From an uncultured Clostridium sp. (GTDB lineage: Bacteria; Bacillota; Clostridia; Christensenellales; CAG-138): DNA of 64,000 nucleotides. The position numbers and the translations under genes are program-made. Position 1 is the stretch's first letter; every line of letters starts with the position of its first letter. The DNA lies in contig CAYMPG010000006.1 of assembly GCA_964392455.1 (NCBI GenBank), positions 3,131 through 67,130 on the forward strand, given 5' to 3'. The notes under the pieces were generated by a model. That model worked only from the letters and a program-made list of their open reading frames with translations, was not told the DNA's origin and searched no databases. This document shows, in pieces, positions 26,880 to 36,983 of this stretch.

Positions 26880-28077
26880 TGGCTACAGGCTTACTGTATC
26901 TCAGCTGAATGAATATGTGAATGGTCTGCTCAAGGGTGACAGCCTGCTGAGCCATGTTTGCGTATGCGGAGAAATAAGCGGCTTCAAGCGCCATTCTTCA
27001 GGCCATCTGTATTTTTCCATAAAGGATGAGGGGGCGCTGGTACGCTGCGTAATGTTCAGGCAGAATGCCTATTCGCTGGATTTTTCTCCACAGGATGGCC
27101 AGTCTGTGCTGATATACGGCAGCGTATCTCTTTATGTAAAGGATGGGCAGTATCAGCTTTATGTTACTGCCATGGAGCGCCAGGGCGAGGGCGAGCTTTA
27201 TCGCCGCTTTATGCTGATGAAGACCCGCCTTGAAGCAAAGGGCTACTTTGCGCCGGAGCATAAAAAGCAGATTCCTGCCCTGCCCGGGTGCATAGGCGTT
27301 GTAACCTCCCCCACAGGCGCTGTGATACAGGATATTATAAATGTGACCCGCAGGCGATTCCCTGCTATGAACATACTGCTCTGCCCTGTAAGAGTACAGG
27401 GCGAGGGTGCGGCGGAGGAGATAGCCCAGGCCATACGCACCATGAACCGGATAAACCGGGCGGATGTGCTGATAGTAGGCAGGGGAGGCGGCAGCATGGA
27501 GGACCTTTGGCCCTTTAATGAAGAAATAGTTGCCCGTGCCATATATGAGAGCCGCATACCAATAGTAAGCGCAGTGGGCCACGAAACGGATTTTTCCATC
27601 GCTGACTTTACGGCGGATATGCGTGCCCCAACTCCCTCCGCTGCGGCAGAGCTGTGCGTACCGGAATACAGCCGGCTGTATGATGACGTGATTTCTGCAC
27701 AAAGCTATATCCGGGAATACTGCCATAGGGAAATGGATGCGCTCAGGCGTCAGCTTTCCGGAATAAGAGACTCGGCAGCATTTTCTGCCGCACGGCACAG
27801 GATAGAGCTTATGAGCGGAGAGATAGCTGCCAGGCGGGAGTACATGAGCGCCGCCATAAGGGGCGAAATGGCAAATGCTGTACACTCCGTGGAAAAGCAG
27901 CAGTCAAGGCTTGCGGCGCTGTCGCCTGAGGCGGTGCTGGAGCGTGGGTATGGCATGGTGCAGCAGGGTGGAAAATTTGCAGGCACTGTGCAGGAGCTCG
28001 AACAGGGCAAGCAGGCTTTGCTCATCATGAAGGATGGCAGAGCCGATATAACTATAGACAGCATAATCAGAGGGTAA
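26869..28077 (+). CDS. xseA: Exodeoxyribonuclease VII large subunit
   Basis: TTG start overlapping the folD end. LTVSQLNEYVNGLL.....L..V.V.GEIS.FK.HSSGHLYFS.KDE.A...CVMF, followed by the catalytic and coiled-coil regions. Confidence 0.9.
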   Translation: MLDNGYRLTVSQLNEYVNGLLKGDSLLSHVCVCGEISGFKRHSSGHLYFSIKDEGALVRCVMFRQNAYSLDFSPQDGQSVLIYGSVSLYVKDGQYQLYVTAMERQGEGELYRRFMLMKTRLEAKGYFAPEHKKQIPALPGCIGVVTSPTGAVIQDIINVTRRRFPAMNILLCPVRVQGEGAAEEIAQAIRTMNRINRADVLIVGRGGGSMEDLWPFNEEIVARAIYESRIPIVSAVGHETDFSIADFTADMRAPTPSAAAELCVPEYSRLYDDVISAQSYIREYCHREMDALRRQLSGIRDSAAFSAARHRIELMSGEIAARREYMSAAIRGEMANAVHSVEKQQSRLAALSPEAVLERGYGMVQQGGKFAGTVQELEQGKQALLIMKDGRADITIDSIIRG

Positions 28078-28083
28078 AAAAGC

Positions 28084-28290
28084 ATGGCTACTAAAAAAGC
28101 TCAAACTTTTGAACAGGCAAAGGAAAAGCTGGATGGAATAGTTGAAAAGCTCTCAGCCGGCAATCTGCCTATAGATCAGATGATAAAGCTGTATGAGGAG
28201 GGGGCAGAGCTTTCAAAATACTGCCTGAGCCTGCTCAGCGAGTATGAAGGACGCATAGACCAGGTGGACAAAAGCCTTATGGAGGAGTAA
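28084..28290 (+). CDS. xseB: Exodeoxyribonuclease VII small subunit
   Basis: 68 aa; TFEQAKEKLDGIVEKLSAGNLPIDQMIKLYEEG.ELSKYC...L. Confidence 0.9.
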   Translation: MATKKAQTFEQAKEKLDGIVEKLSAGNLPIDQMIKLYEEGAELSKYCLSLLSEYEGRIDQVDKSLMEE

Positions 28291-28293
28291 GCT

Positions 28294-29178
28294 ATGGGTT
28301 TTGCGGAGGCAACGAAGGAGTATCGTGAGGCAGTGGAGGCGGCGCTTGGCGAATATATGGCTGAGTGCGGCGGGCCTGAGCAGCTCAGGGAAGCCATGGA
28401 GTATAGCCTTAAGGCCGGCGGCAAGCGGCTGCGCCCTGTGCTGACGCTGTACGTTTGCCATATGCTGGGCGGGGATGTACAGAGGGCGCTGCCCTTTGCC
28501 TGTGCGCTGGAAATGATACATACCTATTCCCTGATACATGATGACCTTCCCTGCATGGATGATGATGACTATCGCCGCGGGAGACCCTCAAATCATAAAA
28601 TGTTTGGCGAAGCAAATGCGGTGCTTGCAGGAGACGGGCTGCTTTCCTATGCATTTCAGTTAATGCTGGATGCTATAAAGGCAGACTTTACGCAGAATAC
28701 CGTAAATGCGGCAATTGCCGTATCAAAGGGAGCAGGCGTAAGGGGAATGGTGGCCGGTCAGGTGATAGACCTGGCCTCGGAAACGGATTATTCATATGGC
28801 ATTGACCAGCTCCGCTTCATCCAGGAAAACAAAACTGCCGCCATGATAAGGGCGGCACTGCTTGCAGGGGCATATATTGCCGGGGCAGGAGAGGAGCAGC
28901 TCAGCGCACTGGACAGCTACGGCGAAGCCTACGGAAGGCTGTTCCAGATGACGGACGATATACTGGATGTGGAGGGTGATTTTGAGGGAATGGGCAAGAC
29001 CCTGGGCAAGGATCAGGCTGAGAATAAGCTTACCTATATTTCCCTTTACGGCATGGAGCGGGCCAAGGAGCTTGCTGTGGAAACGGCACAGCAGGCCGTG
29101 AATTCGCTGGATATATTCGGAGAAAGGGCGGAGCTATTGAGGGAGCTTGCACTGAGCTGCCTCAGCCGCCGGAGCTGA
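28294..29178 (+). CDS. ispA: Polyprenyl (farnesyl) diphosphate synthase
   Basis: FARM motif IHDDLPCMDDDDYRRG and SARM motif QMTDDILD. Confidence 0.9.
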   Translation: MGFAEATKEYREAVEAALGEYMAECGGPEQLREAMEYSLKAGGKRLRPVLTLYVCHMLGGDVQRALPFACALEMIHTYSLIHDDLPCMDDDDYRRGRPSNHKMFGEANAVLAGDGLLSYAFQLMLDAIKADFTQNTVNAAIAVSKGAGVRGMVAGQVIDLASETDYSYGIDQLRFIQENKTAAMIRAALLAGAYIAGAGEEQLSALDSYGEAYGRLFQMTDDILDVEGDFEGMGKTLGKDQAENKLTYISLYGMERAKELAVETAQQAVNSLDIFGERAELLRELALSCLSRRS

Positions 29179-29182
29179 TATA

Positions 29183-31024
29183 ATGGATACACCCCTGATA
29201 GACGGAATAAAAAGCATAGAAGACTTCAGGCGTATCCCCCAGGACAGGCTAAATGAGCTCGCCGGGGAGATACGCAGCTTTCTCGTGGAAAAAGTATCCG
29301 TCACAGGCGGGCATATAGCGTCAAATCTTGGTATAGTTGAGCTTACCATAGCCCTGCACAGGGCCTTTGATACCCCGGCAGATAAGATAATATTCGACGT
29401 GGGCCATCAGACCTATGTAAACAAGATACTTACCGGCCGTGCAGCGGAGTTTGATACACTGAGGCAGAAGGATGGCCTTTCCGGCTTCCCAAAGCGGGAG
29501 GAAAGCGAATTTGATGTATTCAATACCGGCCACTCCAGCACCTCCGTGTCAGCAGCGCTGGGGCTGCTGAGGGCGCAGAGGTATAATGGGGATGAGCACA
29601 GGGTGGCCGCAGTGATAGGCGATGGCGCCCTTACAGGGGGCATGGCCTTTGAGGCGCTGAATGATGCGGGAGAAAGCGGTCTGCCGCTGATAGTTATACT
29701 GAATGATAACGAAATGTCCATCTCCAGAAACGTGGGCGCACTTACAAGGCACCTGAGCGAAATGCGCTCCAGCCGGGGCTATCTGTCATTCAAAAAGAAT
29801 CTTTCAGGGTTTTTGAGCAGGATACCTGTGGTGGGGCCTAAAATACGGGTGAGCCTTTCCAGGCTCAAATCCAGAATAAAATACTTTTTGCTGCCAAATG
29901 TGCTGTTTGAGGAGCTGGGGTTTAATTACCTTGGGCCAATAGACGGCCATGACATAGCCAAGCTTACGGCCACCATAGCCCTTGCAAAAAATATGGATGA
30001 GCCTGTGCTGCTGCATGTTATTACCTGCAAGGGCAAGGGATACGGGCCCGCTGAAAGGGAGCCGGGCAGGTTTCACGGGATCGGCCCCTTTGACCCGGCC
30101 ACTGGCAGGGAAAAAAGCAGCGGGGCGGTGTCAAATTCGCTGACGGCAGGGCAGACAATGTGCGCCCTTGCAGAGCAGGATGAAAGCATTGCCGTTATTA
30201 CTGCCGCCATGACCAGCGGCACCGGCATGGAGGAATTTCGAAGAAAGTATCCCAGGCGCTTTTTCGATGTGGGAATAGCTGAGCAGCACGCCGTGACTAT
30301 GGCAGCCGGGCTGGCCTGCGGCGGCATGAAGCCTGTGGTGGCGGTGTATTCCTCATTTTTGCAGCGGGCATATGACCAGATGCTGCATGATGTGGCCCTG
30401 CAAAGGCTGCCCGTGGTATTTGCTGTGGACAGGGCGGGCCTTGTGGGGGCAGATGGGGAGACCCATCAGGGAGTTTACGATATTGCATATACCCTCACCA
30501 TGCCGGATATGGATATTTACTCCCCCGCATCAAAGGGCGAGCTCAGGGAAATGCTGGGCCTTGCGCTGAAAATGGGTAGGCCGGCAGTGGTGCGTTATGG
30601 CAGAGGCGCTTTGCCGGAAAGGGAATATCCCCCTGTGGAATACGGCAAATGGCTGGAGCTGGAGCCTGTGGGAGAGGTGACGGTGATAGCATCCGGACGG
30701 ATGGTAGAGATAGCACGGGAGGCCGTGGAGGGCACAGGCGCAGGGCTTGTAAGCGCCCGGAGCATACGGCCCATGGATGAAGCCATGCTGCGGCGCATAG
30801 GCGAAAGGGCCAGGCGAATAATAACCCTGGAGGATGGCCTGAAAAGCGGCGGTATGGGGAGCCAGATAGCCGAATGGTTTTCCGGCAGCATAAAGGTGAT
30901 ACCCATGGGCGTGGGCCATGTGCCGGTGCGTCAGGCAACGGTTGCCCAGCAGGATGCGCTGTGCGGCATGGATGTGCAGTCCGTACAAAATAACATTCGC
31001 CTTGCGATGGAGGAAATATCATGA
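29183..31024 (+). CDS. dxs: 1-deoxy-D-xylulose-5-phosphate synthase
   Basis: GGHIASNLGIVELTIALH..F..P.DKIIFDVGHQTYV.KILTGR and GDGALTGGMAFEALN; 613 aa. Confidence 0.95.
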   Translation: MDTPLIDGIKSIEDFRRIPQDRLNELAGEIRSFLVEKVSVTGGHIASNLGIVELTIALHRAFDTPADKIIFDVGHQTYVNKILTGRAAEFDTLRQKDGLSGFPKREESEFDVFNTGHSSTSVSAALGLLRAQRYNGDEHRVAAVIGDGALTGGMAFEALNDAGESGLPLIVILNDNEMSISRNVGALTRHLSEMRSSRGYLSFKKNLSGFLSRIPVVGPKIRVSLSRLKSRIKYFLLPNVLFEELGFNYLGPIDGHDIAKLTATIALAKNMDEPVLLHVITCKGKGYGPAEREPGRFHGIGPFDPATGREKSSGAVSNSLTAGQTMCALAEQDESIAVITAAMTSGTGMEEFRRKYPRRFFDVGIAEQHAVTMAAGLACGGMKPVVAVYSSFLQRAYDQMLHDVALQRLPVVFAVDRAGLVGADGETHQGVYDIAYTLTMPDMDIYSPASKGELREMLGLALKMGRPAVVRYGRGALPEREYPPVEYGKWLELEPVGEVTVIASGRMVEIAREAVEGTGAGLVSARSIRPMDEAMLRRIGERARRIITLEDGLKSGGMGSQIAEWFSGSIKVIPMGVGHVPVRQATVAQQDALCGMDVQSVQNNIRLAMEEIS

Positions 31025-31830
31025 GCGGAGTAAGAGCAGATGTGCGGCTGGTGGAGCTTGGGCTGGCCCAGAGCCGGGAGAAGGCCCGCTCCCTTATAAT
31101 GGCGGGAGAGGTATACCTTGATACTGCCAGAGTGGATAAGCCCGGAGCCTCCGTGCCGGAGGATTGCGTGCTTACCGTAAAGGAGCAGCCCATACCCTTT
31201 GTCAGCAGGGGCGGGCTGAAGCTGGATAAGGCCGTAAGAAAATATGGCCTTTCGCTGGATGGAAAGGTGGCCATGGATGTGGGCGCCTCCACCGGAGGCT
31301 TTACAGACTGCATGCTGCAAAACGGGGCGCAAAAGGTGTACGCCATAGATGTGGGCTACGGCCAGCTTGACTGGAAGCTGAGAAACGACCTGAGGGTAGT
31401 GGTGATGGAGCGCACAAATGCCCGCAATATGGAGCCTGAGTGGTTTACGGAGCAGCCCCAGTTTGCCTCCATAGATGTATCCTTCATATCTGTAAAGCTC
31501 ATTTTGCCCGGTATGTACAGGAGCCTTGCTGATGGAGCTACGGCGGTGGTGCTGGTAAAGCCCCAGTTTGAGGCAGGCAGGGGCAAGGTCGGTAAAAACG
31601 GCGTGGTGAGGGAAAAGGAAACGCACCGGCAGGTGGTGGAGGAAACGGCGCTGTTTGCCCAGAGCATTGGCTTTGGAGTGGAGCAGATAGACTATTCCCC
31701 CATAACCGGGCCAAAGGGAAATATTGAATTTTTGCTGGTGCTATCCAAAAACGGCAGCTTGCAGGATGAAAAAAATATTATGGATCTGGTAAGGGTCACG
31801 GTGGATGCGGCCCATGAGAAACTGGAATAG
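31021..31830 (+). CDS. tlyA: TlyA family rRNA (cytidine-2'-O)-methyltransferase
   Basis: S4 domain (RADVRLVELGLAQSREKARSLIMAGEV) plus an FtsJ-like SAM domain (DVGASTGGFTDCMLQNGA.KVYAIDVG). Confidence 0.85.
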   Translation: MSGVRADVRLVELGLAQSREKARSLIMAGEVYLDTARVDKPGASVPEDCVLTVKEQPIPFVSRGGLKLDKAVRKYGLSLDGKVAMDVGASTGGFTDCMLQNGAQKVYAIDVGYGQLDWKLRNDLRVVVMERTNARNMEPEWFTEQPQFASIDVSFISVKLILPGMYRSLADGATAVVLVKPQFEAGRGKVGKNGVVREKETHRQVVEETALFAQSIGFGVEQIDYSPITGPKGNIEFLLVLSKNGSLQDEKNIMDLVRVTVDAAHEKLE

Positions 31831-31873
31831 TTAAGCGGTATTCCAGAAATTTTCACAAAATATGTTTTTCATC

Positions 31874-31903
31874 TTGAAAAATGTTGTTTAATGGGAATAT
31901 AAT
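31874..31903 (+). promoter_or_regulatory. Candidate sigmaA promoter of nadK
   Basis: TTGAAA (31874..31879), 18-nt spacer, TATAAT (31898..31903). Confidence 0.4.
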
Positions 31904-31944
31904 AAGCGAAAGGGAAGCTGATAACTATCAGTGGTATCACAAAT

Positions 31945-32766
31945 ATGCATATAGATAGCATAGGCATATTTACAAATCCAAATAACGACGGCGCTCTTGA
32001 TGCCGTAGAGTCCGTAAGGCTTGCGGCAGCGGTGCGAGGCATATCCTGTTACGTTGACAAGTCTTTTCTGGATATAGAGCAATTTCAGGGCTTAGATACC
32101 ACAGAAACCCACACACCTGACATTATGATAGCTATGGGCGGGGACGGTACCATTCTCCGGGCGGCAAATTATGCTGCGGAAAAGGGCGTACCGCTTCTTG
32201 GTATCAACTTTGGGCGGATAGGCTTTCTCAGCGAAATAGACGTGGAAGGCTTTCCGGGGGCTCTTGATGCATTGGCAGCGGATAAATATACGCTGGATAG
32301 CTGCATGATGCTTTCCTGCCGCATAAATAACGGCGAGCCGGTGCATTGCCTGAATGAGGCAGTGCTGTATCGCAAAAATTTTTCCGGCGTGGTATCCATC
32401 AGCGTGAGTATAGACGGCGTCGATGCGGGCACAGTGTCCTGCGATGGCCTTATAGTCAGCACGCCCACCGGAGCCACAGGTTATACCATATCCGCAGGGG
32501 GCCCGGTAATAGCTCCGGGCATGGATGCGGCTATAATCACCCCCATATGCCCCCATACCCTTACATTCCGCCCCATAATCGCCTCGGATAGCTCCAGGGT
32601 GCGCCTGTCCATGAAGCAGGAGGGGTTCCTGGCGATGGACGGCATAAAAACCGAGCAGATCATGCCAAATGATGTGATAGATATTTCGCGCAGCGACAGA
32701 AGCGTCAGCTTTGTGCGCCTGGGAGAAAGAAACCTGTTCAGGCTGATACGAGGCAAGCTGTCTTAA
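31945..32766 (+). CDS. nadK: NAD kinase
   Basis: Contains GGDGTILRAA, GINFGRIGFL, and STPTGATGYTISAGGP. Confidence 0.9.
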   Translation: MHIDSIGIFTNPNNDGALDAVESVRLAAAVRGISCYVDKSFLDIEQFQGLDTTETHTPDIMIAMGGDGTILRAANYAAEKGVPLLGINFGRIGFLSEIDVEGFPGALDALAADKYTLDSCMMLSCRINNGEPVHCLNEAVLYRKNFSGVVSISVSIDGVDAGTVSCDGLIVSTPTGATGYTISAGGPVIAPGMDAAIITPICPHTLTFRPIIASDSSRVRLSMKQEGFLAMDGIKTEQIMPNDVIDISRSDRSVSFVRLGERNLFRLIRGKLS

Positions 32767-32788
32767 GACTATCACGCTGAAATATACC

Positions 32789-32828
32789 TACGGTTATCCC
32801 CTCCCATATACGGTAATCCCCCTATCCC
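32789..32828. repeat. Imperfect direct repeat with four C-runs (G-runs on the minus strand) upstream of argR
   Basis: TACGGTTATCCCCTCCC (32789..32805) and TACGGTAATCCCCCTATCCC (32809..32828). C-runs lie at 32798-32801, 32803-32805, 32818-32822 and 32826-32828. Confidence 0.5.
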
Positions 32829-32889
32829 GCACGTATCCGTTACCCTGCTTACGACTGCAGGTGAAATATCCTTATGGAGGACGCACAGC

Positions 32890-33342
32890 ATGAAATCTGC
32901 CAGGCAAACCATGATACTCGAGCTCATAGACCAGTACGACATTGATACGCAGGACGAGCTTGCTACCATGCTCAGATCACGGGGGCTGAAGGTAACGCAG
33001 GCCACAGTATCAAGGGACATTAAAGAACTCAGGCTTATCAAGGTCCTGTCAGAAGATGGGGCGTATAAGTATGCCACCGTTGACAAGGCTGAGGCCGACC
33101 TTAAAGAAAGGTTTATCAACATATTTGCACATTCCGTCATCTCCATGGCTGCAACCGGCAATCTTGTGGTGATAAAAACCATAACCGGCACTGCAAACGC
33201 TGCCTGCGAAGCCATAGATTCCATGCGTCTCGACGAGGTTGTGGGGACGCTGGCGGGCGATAATTCCATATTTGTAGCAGTGAAGGATTCAGTGGATACC
33301 GGGGAGCTTATAAAGCGCTTTCAGGCCATGCTGAAGCTATAA
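32890..33342 (+). CDS. argR: Arginine repressor
   Basis: RQ..I..LI........Q.EL...L...G..VTQATVSRDIKEL.L.KV and C-terminal GT.AGDN.I.V. Confidence 0.9.
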   Translation: MKSARQTMILELIDQYDIDTQDELATMLRSRGLKVTQATVSRDIKELRLIKVLSEDGAYKYATVDKAEADLKERFINIFAHSVISMAATGNLVVIKTITGTANAACEAIDSMRLDEVVGTLAGDNSIFVAVKDSVDTGELIKRFQAMLKL

Positions 33343-33357
33343 TACTCGGGAGAATAA

Positions 33358-35061
33358 ATGTTAAACAGGTTATCCATAAAAAATGTCGCCCTTATAGAGC
33401 GGATTAATATCTAGTTTGATAATGGATTTAACGTGCTGACCGGCGAGACCGGCGCCGGAAAATCCATTATTATTGATGCAGTAAACCTTGCGCTGGGTGA
33501 GCGTGCCAGTAAGGAGCTTATAAAGAGCGGCGCAGACAAGGCATCCGTTGAGGCGGAGTTTGATATTTCCAATATTCCGGCGGTCAGATCGGCAATGGAG
33601 GAAAACCAGCTGGATCCCGATGAGGGGCTCATAATATCCCGTGAGCTGTCGGCGTCAGGAAAAAATGTATGCAGGATAAATGGTACCCTTGTGACCCTTG
33701 CAGCACTCAGGCAGATAACCGATATGCTGGTGGATGTACACGGGCAGCATGAGCATCAGTCTCTGCTCAGCCAGAATAAGCACATTTACTTTCTGGATTC
33801 CTTTTGCCATGAGGCGGCAGAGGACCCAAAGGCAAAGGTAAAGGCCCTGTATACGGAATACAAAAGCATAAAAGAGGCGCTCCTTGGCGGGTTTTCATCC
33901 GAGGATGAAAGAGCCAGGGAAATGGACATACTGCGCTATCAAATCGGTGAAATAGAAAAAGCCGCCCTGAATGAGGCGGAGGAAGCTGCCCTCAATGAGG
34001 AAAAGGGCGTGCTGATGAATGGAGAGCGCATAATGGCTGCGCTGCAGGAAAGCTGCGAAATGCTCACAGGGGACAATGGAGCAGTAGACCTTGTAAAAAC
34101 CGCATCCTCAAGCATGGATAGTATATCCTCCCTGTCGTCAGACTATGGGGAGGCGGCAAAAAGGCTTGAGGAGGCTTTTTATGCCGTGCAGGACATAGGC
34201 TATGCGCTGAGGGATATGCGTAATTCCTTCGATTTTGACCCGGGCCGCATAGATGAGATACAGCAGCGGCTTGAGGTGTATTCGGCTATTAAGAAAAAAT
34301 ACGGCCCTGCCATTGCTGACGTGGAAGCATTCCTGAACAATGCAAGGCTGCGCCTTGATGAATTGGAAGGAGCTGCCCAGAAGCGGGAGCAGCTTGAAAA
34401 GGAGCTGGATGAGGTAAGCGCCAGATATACGGAGGCCGCAGAGAACCTTACGGCTGTACGCAGGGCGGCGGCAAAGGAGCTGGAAAGCGACCTTTTGCAG
34501 CAGCTTAAGGACCTGGGCATGGAGAAGGCCCGCTTTGAGGTGGAGTTTTCCCAGCTCAGCTCTTTTGGCGCAAACGGTATGGACAGGGTGGAGTTTACCA
34601 TGTCCGCCAACCCTGGCGAGGAGCTGAAGCCATTGGAAAAGGTAGCATCCGGCGGTGAAATGTCCAGGATAATGCTGGCCTTTAAGGCAATAGCAGCCAG
34701 AGCAGACTCCATCCCCACGCTTATTTTTGACGAGATAGATACCGGCATAAGCGGCCGCATAGCCTCAGTGGTGGGCGGCAAGATGGTGAATATATCTGAT
34801 TCTCATCAGGTGCTGTGCGTTACCCATCTGCCTCAGATAGCTGCGCTGGCAGATGCACACTTTATGGTGGAAAAGAGCGACGATGGAGAGCATACCAGAA
34901 CCGATATGCACAGGCTGTCACTTGAGGAAAGATATGGCTACCTTGCAAGAATGATGGACGGTGCGGATAATTCCTCCATTGCCTATGACCATGCAAGGGA
35001 GCTCATAACCGCCTCTGAAAAAAGCAAGGCCCTGCGCCGGGAGCAAAAAAAGCAGAATTAA
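33358..35061 (+). pseudogene. recN: DNA repair protein RecN interrupted by an in-frame TAG at codon 19
   Basis: ATG at 33358 encodes MLNRLSIKNVALIERINI, then TAG (33412..33414), then [22 protein letters not shown] in the same frame. This is colinear with B. subtilis [41 protein letters not shown]. The only downstream in-frame start is GTG at 33433, immediately before Walker A. Confidence 0.75.
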
Positions 35062-35086
35062 ATCACATACTATTACAAATGATAAA

Positions 35087-35115
35087 CACTGCGGGCAATG
35101 CCTGCGGTGTTTTTT
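35087..35115 (+). terminator. Intrinsic terminator after recN
   Basis: CACTGCGGGC-AAT-GCCTGCGGTG (two G-U pairs) followed by a T-run. Confidence 0.7.
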
Positions 35116-35138
35116 ATTATACGATTGGGGATGGATAT

Positions 35139-36359
35139 ATGAGGAAAGTAAAGGGCCATGGATATATTAAATGCACAGCCGTAATGCTGTGCATAGCTCT
35201 GCTGTGCTTTAATGGGGGAGAACGCATGAGCTACATCCGCAGCCTGCCGCATGGAGTAAGCTATCAGCAGCTCAGTGTGCTGAGGGGATACATGGGGGGC
35301 CTGCTGCACCTTGATGAGGGTGAAAGCCGGCAGGTATCAGGCGATATGTCCGAAATCCTTGGGCAGGGCACATTAAGCATAAATATGCTTGGCCTGCCCA
35401 TAAAGCAGGTATGCCTGGAGGAAAGAACGGAAAGGCGGCTGATGCCGGGCGGAGTACCCATAGGTGTATCAATATATACGGATGGGGTGCTGGTGGTAGG
35501 GCTTGGCAGCGTGAAGGAGGGGCAAACCGTATGCCCGGCAGCCGATGGGGGAATAAGGGCGGGGGATGTGATACTTGCGGTAAATGGGGAGCAGATAACG
35601 GATTCACGGCATCTAAGCAGGCTTTGTGCAGGCGGCGGACAGCTCAGCCTGACTGTGCGCCGCAATAATGAGACGAAAAACTGCCTTATTGACCCGTTGT
35701 ATGATGAGGAAGCGGAGGCGTATCTTGCAGGCATGTGGGTGCGGGACAGCACCTCAGGTATAGGCACCCTGTCATACTGGGATATGGATAGCGGCCGCTT
35801 TGGCGCACTGGGTCATCCCATAACGGATACGGATACAGGGTCAATTATAAGCGTAAAGAGCGGCAGCGTTATAAAGTCCAACATAATAGGCATAAACGCC
35901 GGTTCAAGCGGCACTCCGGGCGAAATGATAGGCTCCTTTTCCACCAAGGGTGAAAAGTGGGGAGAAATAGATAAAAACTGCGAATATGGCATATATGGAA
36001 GCAGCGTGAATATGCCGGTGAATCCCCTTTTTCCGAATGGCTTGCCGGTTGGGTGGTGGGACGAGGTGCATACCGGCCCTGCGGAGATATTATGCACCGT
36101 ATCGAAAGAGGGCACGGCCCTGTACGAGTGTGAAATAGTAAAGCTGTTTCCCCGTGAGGAGTCAGGCAGCAAGGGCATAGTGCTCAGGGTAACATCCCAG
36201 GAGCTTATATCCATAACCGGCGGCATAGTGCAGGGAATGTCGGGAAGTCCAATCATTCAGGACGGGAAACTCATTGGAGCGGTAACCCATGTTCTGGTGA
36301 ACGACCCCACGAAGGGGTATGGAATATACATTGAGAATATGCTGGAGGCGGCGGGATAG
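35139..36359 (+). CDS. spoIVB: SpoIVB peptidase (S55) with PDZ domain
   Basis: ATG at 35139 (MRKVKGHGYIK..., signal anchor). PDZ region (GDVILAVNGEQI). Catalytic blocks GIGTLSYWD...GALGHPITD and GIVQGMSGSPIIQDGKLIGAVTHV. Confidence 0.9.
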   Translation: MRKVKGHGYIKCTAVMLCIALLCFNGGERMSYIRSLPHGVSYQQLSVLRGYMGGLLHLDEGESRQVSGDMSEILGQGTLSINMLGLPIKQVCLEERTERRLMPGGVPIGVSIYTDGVLVVGLGSVKEGQTVCPAADGGIRAGDVILAVNGEQITDSRHLSRLCAGGGQLSLTVRRNNETKNCLIDPLYDEEAEAYLAGMWVRDSTSGIGTLSYWDMDSGRFGALGHPITDTDTGSIISVKSGSVIKSNIIGINAGSSGTPGEMIGSFSTKGEKWGEIDKNCEYGIYGSSVNMPVNPLFPNGLPVGWWDEVHTGPAEILCTVSKEGTALYECEIVKLFPREESGSKGIVLRVTSQELISITGGIVQGMSGSPIIQDGKLIGAVTHVLVNDPTKGYGIYIENMLEAAG

Positions 36360-36366
36360 AATATAT

Positions 36367-36395
36367 GCCGGAGGCTGTTGGCCTCTGGTATTTTT
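36367..36395 (+). terminator. Intrinsic terminator after spoIVB
   Basis: GCCGGAGGC-TGTTG-GCCTCTGGT followed by ATTTTT. Confidence 0.6.
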
Positions 36396-36494
36396 GTGCG
36401 TCCCATCCCATATGGCAATCAGGGCGAAATCTACCTTTGATGGGTGTTAATCGCATCTGCAATAAGGTAGAATGATTACGAAAGGGGCGATATA

Positions 36495-36983
36495 GTGAAC
36501 CGGGTAAAAGTTGGAAGATTTATTGGCGAATGTCGTAAAAATAAGGGCATGACACAGGCCCGGCTGGCCGAGGCACTGGGCACCACAGACAAATCCGTTT
36601 CAAAATGGGAAAACGGCATATGCTTACCTGAGCCCTCTTTGTATGAACCGCTATGCAATGCGCTGGGCATTTCCATCGGCGAGCTGTTTGCGGGCCAAAG
36701 AATGGAAAGCGGGGATGACAAAAGAAGTGCTTCTGACAATCTGCTGAAGCTTTTGATGAGGAGCTTATATGAATCCTCTGATAAGAGCATAACTTTTGAT
36801 GAGTTCAGCAACGCATTAAACAGAATGTCAGAAGCTGTGATGCTGCTGAATAGCTTTAATACAAAGGACGAAGCCGTGGATTATCTGGCGGAAAAAACAG
36901 GGCTCCCAAAGGAAGAATGTTCGGATGCCTATGGTTTTTATAAAGGTGGAAAAAACAGAATGGGCATTTCATGTGAGCTGTGA
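36495..36983 (+). CDS. XRE-family HTH transcriptional regulator
   Basis: GTG start. KVGRFIGECRKNKGMTQARLAEALGTTDKSVSKWENGICLPEPSLYEPLCNALGISIGELF, followed by about 90 aa of unknown C-terminal domain. Confidence 0.8.
   Translation: MNRVKVGRFIGECRKNKGMTQARLAEALGTTDKSVSKWENGICLPEPSLYEPLCNALGISIGELFAGQRMESGDDKRSASDNLLKLLMRSLYESSDKSITFDEFSNALNRMSEAVMLLNSFNTKDEAVDYLAEKTGLPKEECSDAYGFYKGGKNRMGISCEL

Noticed and set aside
32767-32889. ARG-box operator for ArgR autoregulation
   Set aside because: ARG boxes are AT-rich palindromes (TNTGAAT-WWWW-ATTCANW). This region is instead C-rich with TACGGT-type direct repeats, and I found no such palindrome.
33412-33414. Genome-wide reassignment of TAG (for example pyrrolysine or a sense codon) as the explanation for the recN amber codon
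   Set aside because: TAG is used as an ordinary terminator at the expected ends of sigG (5852), spoIIIAB (21164..21166) and the ATC-hydrolase-like gene (4967..4969). No pyl genes are in the window. Site-specific read-through cannot be excluded but is not supported.
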